Made by a program: the position numbers and the translations under genes. The notes under the pieces were generated by a model. It was not told the origin of the DNA. It searched no databases and saw only the letters and a list, made by a program, of their open reading frames with translations. A DNA stretch of 64,000 nucleotides, taken from Lobosporangium transversale (taxonomy: Eukaryota). Where the stretch lies: NCBI RefSeq assembly GCF_002105155.1, contig NW_019028995.1, positions 62,001 to 126,000 of the forward strand, in the 5' to 3' direction. This document shows positions 50,501 to 62,517 of the stretch, one piece after another (within the stretch, counting starts at the first letter, position 1; every line of letters begins with the position of its first letter).

Positions 50501-52492
50501 GTGGAAGAGAGGCTAGTCTAGCTATCCGTATATATATATATATATCATGGTTAGTGATCATCTTAGCAACCTCGACCTTCTTTCTTTGCTATCAGGCGAT
50601 CTAAGATGTCTTCTCGCTCTCAATTTTTTTTTTTTTTTTTTTTTTGGTGTATACATACGCAAATTATATATAATATATTCATTCATTTGTGACCTAAAGA
50701 TTCATATCCAGGTGAGTTCTGACACTTTTGCAAAGTAAACCAAACTCCGGAAAAAAAGCTGTGCGACAGAACTGAGAATGAAATACAAGCAAAGAGTACT
50801 TTATTCATGACAATAAATTCGTAAATACATAAACACTCTTAGTCATTTAAAATGCGAAAGATGATCTTAAGCTAAGTTAATTGTTGAATTAAATCAATGT
50901 CCTAAGAGATATTGTCGCAGTTCCTTTGTTTTTCTTTACATTCCACTTGATCCCATTCAAGATGATACGCCGGCTCCCTTGGGGTTTGAAAGGGTGCTAA
51001 AAACTGCCTTCTCTTTTGTCATTCCGAGGATGCAAAGAATTAACGTGAAGAAAAAAAAAAACATCGGCTGCTTATCTACTATTGCGACCCTGTATTGCTC
51101 ATGGCGCATTCTCATATATCGGAACTTACCTAAAAGAAACGTCAACCTGGAAAGGGCTTTTTTTCAGTCTTGATCTTGAAATGTGGTGTGTAAAGTAGAC
51201 GTATTTACTTTTTTTGTGGCTCTATCATCGGATTAAAGTTTACCTTATCTTGGAGGGAAGACAAAGAAAGTCTAACTGGGCAATTGAGTCGGTCCCTGCG
51301 TACACACAAACACTACGATAAAAAGCCATACCCTGTCGTCCGCTTCTTTTCCTCTGTCTCTTGGTGAATACAGAATACCAAGTAGGTTTATGCTTGCAGA
51401 ATCAAACAACGAGAGATTGACAAAAAGAGGGTTCGATTCTCACCTTATATCTTTTTGTTTTGTACTCTGTTTATGGTGACATTAAGGAATCCCAAGCTTG
51501 TAGTATGTTGAGAGAACGAATAAGAAGAGATAGAAGATAAAAAAAAAAAGACAATCAATCTATATTATACGCAATAAAATATATATACAATATATATATA
51601 CCGTATATTTGATCTCTTCTTATCGTTCTGTGAAGGATTTATTATAACATAGTAAAGACAAATATCAAAGTAATGATTGTTCCTTGTCAATATTAAGAGC
51701 ATAATTCAATGAAAAGATGAAGGAGTAAGTCAAAAAGTCCAATAGAGCGCTGTACATGTATAAATATTACTGTTTACAAACCTTGTTATTGCTGTGGTCG
51801 TTATGGGGTTTTTTATTTTATTCCTTCTGCACCCCAATAGGGTGGAGTCTAGTTCTTTTGCGGGAGGGTAGAACGCTACAGCCCAAAGGTTAAATTATTG
51901 ATCAAAAAAAAAACAAAGATGCACACCTTAACTTATGCATGAACATTTGCTCTGAGAGTTCATTGTCATTATTGACAGTTCTTTCCTCATGAACTACACT
52001 ATAAATAAAATTATTGTTATTATATATATATTTATTCCGGAGTATTTTGAATATTACATCTAAAGTTTCGAGGTGGCTACCAAGAAAAAGTTACTTCCCA
52101 TGAGTCCACGTGCTTTAACCTTCCTTTTGCCATAGCTCACTATCCACTTGATTGGTTGCTTTTGCGTTATCGGAAAAGGAAGGACTGTGGAACGACGATC
52201 AAAATCGTTCCCTGTTTTGTCCCCATAATTATAGACTCGTCTCTGCTGCAATTGGTTCTTTAATCATGATTTGCATTGCGGCTTAAAAACAAAAAAAGAT
52301 TTGCACAAAGTCTCATTATTGTTTGTTGTGAACACTGTTCATCCAGCCCTTTTACTTTATTTAATTTATCCACAACATGTGTGTAAATGTGCATATTGTT
52401 CATACTGTTGCACTTGCACTTTGTGCAACCTGAGCGTTTAATGTCAAAGGCAAAGTATAAGGCCTGCACTTCTATAGGTTCTCGATTGAAAG

Positions 52493-52523
<31 letters not shown>

Positions 52524-52873
52524 ATACAGACAGAGAGAAACATGGAGGAAACTGTCAGAGAGAGGTAGGCTCACATCTCCGAGACTGGTGCATGAATTTC
52601 TTGTAAATGAAAGATCTGTTTCTGGTACAACGCATAAATCGTAGATGTGATTGTGTTCATTTTCATGGGCGTCAGAAGTAGGAGAAACATGCTCTGTGCT
52701 TGTTCTCTAGAAATGAATTACAATTCTTTAAAGAGACGCGTCTAAAAACGTGACATGACTGCTTTCCACGTATTTTTTGACTATTACAGATATTGTTTTG
52801 TTCTTCAAATTGTTCACTTATTTCACCACATCAAAGGAACTCCATCGCGTGTGTTTGGCATTCACTGCAAGAA

Positions 52874-55800
52874 ATGGCAGCACAAGCATCGCGCCATGGC
52901 GGGAAGCCCGTGAAAGAATTTCCATACGAGGTAATCTTGAGAGAAGAGGCGTGTTTTTTATTTACTACGTCAGCTGATGCTAGTGAACTACACTGTAAGC
53001 GAGTGAATTGAACAGGAAAAAATGCATTGTCTCCGTCTTGTTGACAATAAATTACATTGGAATTACATTGAGCGGACAAAAATGAGACTATTGGCGTTCT
53101 TTTGCCCTTTGACATTGGAAGAAAAAAAAAGAAACGCAAATCTCTAAAACAGGAGCATGACTGTTCTCAATGTGCATCGCAGCTAGACGAGTTACATTGG
53201 AGCCCTGATCATAAGAGTAACACCGAAGATGTCTACTGCTACTGTGGAGAGAGCAAAAGAGAGTAGGTGCTACTTCGCTTTCGACATCTTTCCATGCCAT
53301 GTTCCGCTTTACTTACTGCTAGAGTTCTAATGGCTCTTGTGATGCAAATTGTGCATTGGTTGTGAATAGTGACGAACCAATGCTACCATGTCAAAAGTGC
53401 GGTCAACTTTTTCATTCGGGTAAGTTAAAACTAGGTCTCACGTTTGTATGCTTGCATCCGAATCGGGCTTATTTATAAGTAGGTCTTTTTAAAGGATGCT
53501 TATAGTCTTCAATGTTCTTGCTTATAATCAGGTTGTGTCTCCTGTCTTCCAAAACCATTGCTCAAGGGAGACGAGTTCTTCAAGTTTGAATGCTCTGTCT
53601 GCACACAGGGTCCAGAATTTTTCGAGAGGGCCGTTCTGAGCTGGTAAGCAGGCTTAAATTAGGCTGATGCTCTGAAGTTACCATCAATAAGTGTTTATCA
53701 TACCACTGAACGGCACTATGGATATCTTTTTTTAGGGTGATTTTAGTACATTTGGTACTTTACAACTTGATGGACGCACATCCAGAGCAACAGTATTTTC
53801 GCTGGAAAGAGGAGATTTGCAAGTTTATTGATGATTATTGGTCGTATCTTCTTCCAGATAAAGAACGTACGTACAAGCTTTATAAGCGCTGGAAGTCTAA
53901 TGAAGCTGATAAGCTTAAAGTTCTAATACATTTTTTTTTTCTTTTCATAATTTAGAAACACCCACATGGAATAATACGGTAGCTAGTGTTTTGTCTGTTC
54001 AAAACCATATTTTTCATTCTGGAGTGGAAATAAAAGGAGCATCAGGTATCTATCCAGTAGACTAAGAGACACTTAGAATATGAGCTATAACTTCACAGAG
54101 AACGAAAGTCGCTAACAGTGTTTTTTTTTGTTTTTTTGTTTAGGATGGTGGACACTGATCGAGAAGGCTCCACCAGATAGGAATAGAAGTAAGTACTGGA
54201 CTCATCCTTGTTCTGATAATGTTTCATATTGTAGATAAAAGAAGCTAATTCTATAGATAATCCCTTATGGACCATTCATTTCAGAGCTGAAGCCGAAGAA
54301 CAAAGCCTCTCAGAAGCTTGGAAATCCTCGGCACACTAGTTTGAAAAGCAAAGAGAAGAGAGTACGGGCGAAAGGCTCCCCATCAAGAAAGAAGACAAAA
54401 TTCGATGAGACTTCGTCTGATGATGACTTCCATACTTCAGCAAAACCCAGGCCCGAATCAACTGCGCCAACCACGAGGATCAAGGTAGAGCCTTAGATTT
54501 AATTGTGTTCCTGCCCCCTTACCAATTGAAAGTACTTGATCAATAAACTACGATCTAACCCAAGGACAATCAACACGGTTTTTTTTTTTTTTTTTTTTTT
54601 TTCCTTGATTTTTCTTAATTGTCGATAGAGTCGACAATTCTCATTGACTTCTGGATCTTCGCTTTCTTCGGCTGGTGATACCGACTCAAGCGACGATGAT
54701 CTATTTTGGAAATCGGATGAAGAAAAAGAGGTTCGGCCTGTGGTACATTTACACGGGATTCCCGCATGTATCCATCATCACTTCAATCCTTCAGGACTTG
54801 ATTTTTCCACAGGTCCAATACATCTCGAAGAAATTTTCCGCCTGACGGATCTCATTGACGAGAATTCGTCAGGAAGATTAATTAATAGGGTGAACAGTCT
54901 TGGCGCGATGTCAGTAGGCGGGAAGAAAAAGAGAAGAAAGGTATTTTATTCTATTTCATTAGTTCAGTCGTATCATCTGCTAGCACGCATCTAACAAGTG
55001 ATTTTATTGATATCGTGATACAAATGGTAGTCCTCCATCGCAGAGATCAAGGCTGAGCCCATGAAGAGATTTACAGATGAACGACATTTTCCTCAGGACA
55101 TATCTGATATATTGGATGAAGGCCAGGATGAGGATAATGACTCTACTGATGCAAGCGATATTGACTCGGACGATGGATCGAATTCTGATAGTATGCAGAT
55201 GACAAGGCATACAAATGGAAAGCGTTTCAGTCATATATCGGCTCCAAGGAAGGGCTCATCAACACAAAGCAACTCCATTGCACCACCAATATCAGGGGGG
55301 AAATATGGGCGAACAAAAAGTTCGCTGAAAGATCCTATATCGCCGTTCGATCACCTACGGAAGCCAAAGAAGAATGTGTCATTAGCAGACGATGTCGATG
55401 TAACCTATGTTTCGCCGCCAAGTGGAGGCAAAAAGTTCTCGCAGGCTCATATTGATGCTATGACGAAAGCTTTGGTCTCTTCAAAATCAGGAATGAAGAC
55501 TAAAACAAGAGCTAAACCAAAATCCAAAACCACATCTTTGAACGAACTTCATACTTCAAGTACTGATTCAGGCGCATTCTCTCAATCAGTGGCCTCTCTT
55601 GAAAACTTATCGTTGACAGAACCCACAGCCAAAGATCTATTAGCTTTAACTCTTCAGCAGGTTCAGCGGCAGCAGGAATGGCATGTGCTACAGATGCTGG
55701 AAGACGCTTCAAAAACAAAAGCTTTACCAACGGTAGCCGCTAGATTCAAGCGCAAGCTGCATCTTAAACGACTGAAAGCCTTTTTACATCTGCCTTTATT

Positions 55801-56477
55801 TAATATCGAAACTTTTATGCGACAGCATCTGATTTCACCATTCGACTTGAGCCAACTATCAAAGCATATCCCACCGGACCCATATGAGCTGCGGAGATTG
55901 CGCGAGGAAGAGTTTCGGGAAAAGATCCAAAAAATCAATCATACACCTTACGCTAATTCGTTTGCATCTCGATTACTGGGTCAGCCCGTGGAATGCAATA
56001 CTCGGAAGCCATGGGAGCCCTTATGGAGAAGTCCTTTTTCTGGCAAAGTTCTCAAAGATTTTATTTGGAGGGATTATGAATCTCGATCGGTAATGATGGA
56101 TGTTTTGGACGAAATTAAAGCACGGCAAGGACGGCCTTCAAAAGTTCCGAGAGCGAGTTTGGGTCCCACGAGTCTTAAGGCTGGAGCGAAGCGGAAAAGA
56201 GAGGAGGATTTGGATCATGGGTGGATGGACATAAATGATGATATAGGTCACAGCAAAGAATCAGCGTTTTCTTCACAGACTCGCGCACCAATTGATTATT
56301 GCTACTTCAGAAGGGAGCACCTAACTCAAGTCAATGAGACCCTCTGCCGACGATTTTGGCCTGGCATCGACAGTAAGTTATTGAAGAGAGAAGAAATATT
56401 GCCAATTGAGAGATGAGAAATACGCTAAGGTTGTGGCAAAAGATTGTCTGACTGTTCCATCTTAATCTTCAATCCTG

Positions 56478-56508
<31 letters not shown>

Positions 56509-57041
56509 GACAGAAGCGCTGCAATACCCAGAATACTCAGTTGTTGTTCTTTACAAGCGCCTTGTGGTCGGTTGTGCTTTTATGACCCCAGAGGGATATA
56601 TTACATATGTTGTTGTATCAGCAGGTTGGGAAAAGGCAGGCATTGGGCAGTAAGTACTTGTGAATGTGTTTTCAGATGTAGTAGCTTATTCCAAGTTTTC
56701 TTCGTGGTTGTACTAACCTTTTTCACGCACTTTGTAATGCAGGTTTATGTTGTATCATCTCATGCAAGCCTCCGAAGGCAAAGATATCACTCTACATGTG
56801 AGCGCAAACAATCCGGCGATGGTGAGTTTTTTTTTGGACCTCTATGCTAGATACGCATCCTTCGTGTTTTTTTATTTTTGTTTTGTGATATATTACTGAA
56901 TGTTGCTTTTGATGTATTTAGATCATGTATCAGAAATTCGGGTTTAAGCCGGAGCAATTCTTGATTAACTTTTATAAGGAGTACCTGCCTCAGGACAGCG
57001 TAATGTGTCACAATGCCTTCTTTGTACGCTTACGGCGGTAA
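52874..57041 (+). CDS. KAT14/ATAC2 (CSRP2BP)-like protein: N-terminal PHD plus winged-helix-like region, C-terminal GNAT acetyltransferase
   Basis: Many small exons splice to …FPYELDELHWSPDHKSNTEDVYCYCG…PMLPCQKCGQLFHSGCVSC…FECSVC…VHLVLYNL…YFRWKEEI. The C-terminus reads APIDYCY…FWPGIDMTEALQYP…LHVSANNPAMIMYQKFGFK…NAFFVRLRR. Confidence 0.85.
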
Positions 57042-57553
57042 CTCAGAAGAACCGCCCTTTCCCTTTTCCGCTGTTTGTTTTCTGTATTTTAGTTCTTTCA
57101 TTCTTCTTATGAGATGCCATAAATGTACTTCTGCGTGAATGCGAATGTGTTTTCGCATTTAAAGCGAACTTTAGACAAGAGTTATTTGTAATAACTTTAA
57201 ATTAATTGTCAGCAAAGCTTGCACGATTTGTCATTTCAGCCTATTTCCTATTTTGTTATATTTATTCTTGCATAGAAGCCACTCTTTTTTTCTTTTTTTT
57301 TTTTTTTTGCGCTGTGTCTGCCCAATTGCCGAACACTTCATCAGATTTGCGCGAGAAGACTGCATAATAATTGACCCATTGGGTATATTCTTCAGATGAA
57401 TTCCAATCTTCTCTCCTCTTTTTCTTCCCTTCTTCACTTTTTACTTCCTCTTCTTCTTTCTTCATTTCATACTCACTTCATCATATTGCGACAGCCGAAT
57501 AAAATTCAAGTGTCTAAGACATCGATAAATATACGTTTTACTTTCAACAAACG

Positions 57554-58927
57554 ATGGTTCAAGAAATGTCACATGTCCGTTTCGACTCTGTCGAAGATGC
57601 TATTAAGGATTTTGGTACGTCTGTCATGATTAGAACAGGCAACCTGATGAGTATAACAATGCCTATGTCTAAGCTAATTGCTAGTTATACTTCTAACATT
57701 GATGTTTTACAATGCTCTTTATTTGTTTTTAAAAAAAATAGCCGAGGGAAAATTTGTCATTGCAGTGGATAATGAAGACCGAGAGAATGAAGGAGATCTT
57801 ATTATCGCTGCCGAGAAAGTGACAACAGAGCAAATGGCTTTCTTAATCCGTCACTCCAGGTACATGAATAATCTTTTTTTTTTTTTTTTTTTTTTTTTGA
57901 CTCATACTGATTCCGAAAGTTTAACAAGAGGGAGGGAAAAAAACCAAAATGAATTCTTACAACTTATTTCATGTGAATAAAAGGAATTACCTGAAATCTA
58001 CAGGGAGAATGAATAAGGGAAAGGAGGAAAAAAAATAAAAGACCGGTAGAAGCTGTCAGAATATCATCGTCGAAGCAAATAGAAAGAGGATAAATAATCG
58101 ACTGTTACATATATATTCAAAAGGTCGGGTGGAGCAATAAGGTTAACAGTACAACATACAGTGTACGAGTTATAAATTTTGGTCCGCGGATGTCTCAAGA
58201 CGATTCTTTGACATGCCATCGTCTAGGCTTTAAAGCATTGCTACGCACAGAGAAAAAAAAACCTTGGATAAGCATGTTTTGCATGAATATCTCGTGGCGC
58301 TGTTGCACTGTTCGCTGTGTTTTCCCTTGAGATCGCAAACGGAAAAAAAAGAGTACATTTTTTCTAAGGGGCAGGAAAGTTTGCATCAAACTGACAGTGA
58401 CATTTCTTTTTTTTTTTTATTGCTGGAAAAAAAAAAAAAAAAAAAAAAAAAGTGGATACGTTTGTGTGCCCACGGCACCCTCAAGGCTCAAGGAACTGGA
58501 TCTGCCTTTGATGGTTCCTAATAATCAAGAGCTCATGAAGACAGCCTACACGATCTCGGTCGACTATGCTCATGGCACGACCACAGGCATTTCGGCTCAT
58601 GGCCGCGCACTAACGGCTCGCTCGTTGGCCGATCCCACAAAGACTGCTTGTGACTTTAACAGGCCTGGACATATCCTGCCTCTCCGCTATGCGGAGGGTG
58701 GCACGATCCGCCGTTTTGGGCACACCGAGGCCTCAGTTGATCTCTGCAAGCTCGCAAAGCTACAACCCGTGGCCGTCATCTGTGAACTAGTCAATGATCG
58801 TGATGGTTCAATGGCTCGCCGGGACGACTGTTACAATTTTGCGAAGGAGCATGGCATCAAGTTGATCACCATCGCAGATCTCATCAAATACCGCCTGGAG
58901 TATGGCTTGATTGGGGATGATTTTTAA
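57554..58927 (+). CDS. RIB3: 3,4-dihydroxy-2-butanone 4-phosphate synthase
   Basis: [27 protein letters not shown] and GHTEASVDL motifs. Exons 57554-57614, ~57742-57858 and 58453-58927. Confidence 0.96.
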
Positions 58928-59462
58928 AAAAAAAAAAAAAAAAAAAAAAATTGTTTACCAGCCAACAAAGCAAATATATTTAATTCTCTTTTCTCTGTCA
59001 ACCCATTTTATAGAATAGTTTTAATATTCCGAGAATAGAAGATCATTACTTTCAAATTCTGTTTTAAAGTATATCATTATAATGTTTTTAATCGGTCAGT
59101 TTGCAGTGTAAGCTGTATCCGATTTAAGCTTATATAGTTTCCTAAAAGTAATCTATTTTTTCCGTGATAATCGAATCCACCATGTCCTTTACATGCCCAC
59201 GGATGTGAATGCTGAACAGACAAAAAATACACAAAATCCCATGGTTACTTCCGCATGACCATCTTATACAAAATTTGCAAACGTTCGGATAAATTACTCC
59301 GCCCTTTTCAGTTAATTTTCTAACTTATCCCTTGGACAATTTTTTATTCATTGGAACAATGTAAAAAGAAAGCAGAAAGACTTTTATTACTGATGAAAAT
59401 GAGGATGACAAAGACAAAAATGATAGTAATAATAATAATAAAAAAAGGAGGTTGCATTTTGA

Positions 59463-60791
59463 CTAGTACAACTTTTCTCTCAAAGCTGCAAGCATTTTTT
59501 CCAACTCCTGAATGCGGGCCTGTTGCATCTGATCCTTGTCTGCCAACAAGGAACGTTCGAGCTCGACTTCGTTCAGCTTGGCCTCAAACATCGAGTTCTC
59601 GACCTCCAATTCAGCCACACGCTGCTCCAAACCTTCCATTCTAACCAACTTCTTGTGGCGTGAACGGCGGGCCGCATCAGTATTCTTGGCACGTTTCAGC
59701 GCCACTTCATCCATCTCAGCGAGATCCTTGCCTTCCAAAACCGAAGGAGGCTCTTCGATGACACGATCGCGCTTCAAGCTGCTACGAGGAAGCGAAGTGG
59801 AGCGGTAAGCGCTCTTATAGGTCGTAGCCTTGACAGAGCTAGTACCAGGAACAGGTGTCTGAGTGCTGCTCAAAATCGAAAGCGACATTCGAGGGGTTGG
59901 AGGCGACGAAGGAGTAGTGGAGGAGGCACGTTCCAAGGCAGCAGGGCTGGCAGGTGCAACAGATGCAGGCGACAAAGCCCTCTCGGTTGGCTTCGGTGAA
60001 GGGGCCTGAGTCGCTGGAGGACTCAAGGGATTGACAGTCGCAGGCTTCAATGGCATCTGAAGAGCCAGAGGGATGGAAGCCAACAAGGACTGGGCCAAGA
60101 CAGCCGTCTCCAATGATTTGCTCCAAGGGATGTTCAACGCTGCGGCAGCTTGCTGAACAGCCTCTGGCGTCAATGGCAACATGGGCGTAACAGTTGCAGG
60201 AGCAAATGAAAGCATTGAGGGCTGCTGCTGGACTGGAGTTGAACTAGGGGCTGAAGCTTGAGCCTCAGGGAACAAAGCCATCGGCGTATCATTTCCGGTG
60301 GATTGAATCAACTCTGAAGAGGCGATAGAATCAAATCCGACGACGGGTGAGTCGCTCTCGTTGGAAAGACGTGGGCTGTTATTAGGATCAGAGTCTGAGG
60401 ACGAAGAGCATAGAGGCTCGTCCTGGCTCACAAAGCCAACCTGCTGAAGGTCGTTCTCAAGCCAGTCATCAAAGAGAGCGGCAGAGAGGTCGCCTGCTCC
60501 CGAGAAGATACTGTCGAAGCCACCAAAGTCAAGGAAGCCTCTGTTGTTGACAGTGACGCCTGTGTTGCTCTTCTTGTTTGCGCCTAGATTTAATATGATT
60601 GGTTGACGTGGCAGAACTTATTTTAAAAAACGCAGTCCGATTACTCATATCTGTCATTGAGGTATGACAAAGAAACTTTAATTTTTCTTACCTTGGAGGG
60701 CAAAATCAAGAGAGTCTGCAGACTTCATCAAACGTTCGGCTGTTGTGCCAACAACGTTGAGAGTACTGTGGAAGTTGTTCGTCGTGGTCAT
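59463..60791 (-). CDS. cpcA: Gcn4/CpcA-like bZIP transcription factor
   Basis: Exon 60791-60692 and exon 60583-59463 are in frame. Basic region KRAKNTDAARRSRHKK is followed by a leucine zipper, and the leader carries two uORFs. Confidence 0.88.
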
Positions 60792-60880
60792 TTTTTGGAT
60801 TCTTTTTTTCTTTTCTGGGATATAAAGTATTTTAGCTCAAAACGAGAAGGAAAGGGTAAATTCAAAGACGGATTTTTCTT

Positions 60881-60991
60881 TTACGACGGTTGTGGGAATG
60901 GTCTGTGTCTATCGGCAGATGTTTTTGATTCTGATCTATTACGGTTCTTGGTAGTAGCACTTGAGTGAGAGGGGGGGCAAGAGGAAGCCAT
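60881..60991 (-). promoter_or_regulatory. uORF2 (36 codons) in the Gcn4/CpcA leader
   Basis: CAAAATGG context. Encodes MASSCPPSHSSATTKNRNRSESKTSADRHRPFPQPS* and ends ~90 nt before the main ATG. Confidence 0.75.
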
Positions 60992-61123
60992 TTTGATAAC
61001 AAGACGAGATATTGAGATTTGAGAGATTAATTGAGATGAGATTGAGATGAGAGTAGAGTAGTTTTCACTGAGAGTAGAGAGTATTTTTTCACTGAGAGAA
61101 GGCGCGCGAGGAGAGAAAAACGT

Positions 61124-61144
61124 TTAAACAATGATGGACGACAT
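61124..61144 (-). promoter_or_regulatory. uORF1 (6 codons) in the Gcn4/CpcA leader
   Basis: CAAGATGTCG context, encoding MSSIIV*. It is the first AUG downstream of the TATAAAA at ~61367-61373 (minus strand). Confidence 0.75.
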
Positions 61145-61174
61145 CTTGGCGATAATAGTCAAAGGTAATGGTTA

Positions 61175-61176
<2 letters not shown>

Positions 61177-61207
<31 letters not shown>
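61177..61207. repeat. (AAT)n microsatellite in the predicted Gcn4/CpcA 5' leader
   Basis: About 10 consecutive AAT units. Confidence 0.9.
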
Positions 61208-61210
<3 letters not shown>

Positions 61211-62408
61211 TATAATAAAACTAAAAAATAAGTAGGCTTTAAAATGTCAAGGGAGGTAGTGTTCTAGAGTAAGAAAAAGAATTGGAAAGGGAGGAGAAAA
61301 GTTGAGGTAAAGTGAAGAGAAGAGAAGAGAAGAAGAGAGAAGAGAGAAGAGGACAGGAAGGAGAGCTTTTTATATGCACACTAGCTAGTCAAGCCTTAAA
61401 AAAAAATGGCTCGGATCCATCTCTAAATTCCTATTGGTTCGCTTTGTATCTCCATCTCCATCTTTTTTTTTTTTTTTTTTTTTTTGGCAGATCCTTTGAT
61501 AGTGTCTCCATGGCCACTACCACACAGAAACCAAAGCCATCTTCAACAGTGAGGTTGCTACTTGATGGGTTGAAGGTAAGATGTTAAAACAATTTTTTGC
61601 TGTTGTTGTTATTGTTGTTGTGGACTGAAAAAGAGGACATTTTTATCAAATCAACAGATTATCGACACTTTTCACTCACTGCGCAAGTATACTCTCACAA
61701 AAGATAGACTAGACCAGAGATAGGACAAATAGAGATAAGCCAGATAGAACAGGTCTAGGACCAGGGGATTTGTGTGTAACGCCAATCTCCCTTATTTGCT
61801 CTGTCCACTTTTCAAGTTCTTTCTGAAGGCCACAGAGTGTAAGTCTATTTGACGAAATAAAATTTCCGGCACGCACTCAAAGAACAAATTTCAGATGCCG
61901 ATCTGTCAAATCAGATGAGACCTCGGCAGGGATAGAGATTTAAATAAGCCCTGCAAGTGTCAGGGATGGCCATGCTTTAAGGAGAGACAACGGCATCGCA
62001 GGCAAGGATTGAGGGAAGAGCATGAAAGGTTACATACTCTTTGTGGGGTTAACAGTTTATTCTCGCACAATCTTGCTAAATTGAGCTGAATTGAAAGATT
62101 AATTAAATTTATATATCAGCATATATCTCAAAAAAATGAATACGCGTCTCTAGTAGATATGATAGTTTTGAGAGCCATTGAAGTTGATGCCTTGGGATTT
62201 TATATTATATATTTCAGTTGGCATAACTGCGAGGCCTACATGCGACTCCTCGCGTATGAATTTGTAGTTAGACGCGGTCTACCTTTTGGATTTCCCGCTC
62301 TCTGATCCATTTCCTCTTGGTTATTGGGTTAGTTAATCACGCTAGCGTCATCAACATGGAATATATCAGTGTGTTCCATCTTGCATAAAAATATTCAAGG
62401 GGAATAAC

Positions 62409-62441
<33 letters not shown>

Positions 62442-62517
62442 CAACTTACATCTCTCTTTGTTTTTTTTTTTTTTTTTTTTTTCCATCTCATTCCTCATTT
62501 CGACACGTTCTCTTGGC

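Noticed and set aside
51428..51445. B-box-like GGTTCGATTC suggesting a tRNA
   Set aside because: No T-stem pairing, A-box or cloverleaf.
57898..57904. TGACTCA Gcn4 site in a RIB3 intron (also ~35621 upstream of the kinase)
   Set aside because: Single 7-mers are expected several times by chance in 64 kb, and no clustering supports function.
60792..60840. Non-AUG N-terminal extension of the Gcn4/CpcA protein as in Neurospora cpc-1
   Set aside because: An in-frame TGA lies 16 codons upstream of the main ATG, so no long extension is possible.
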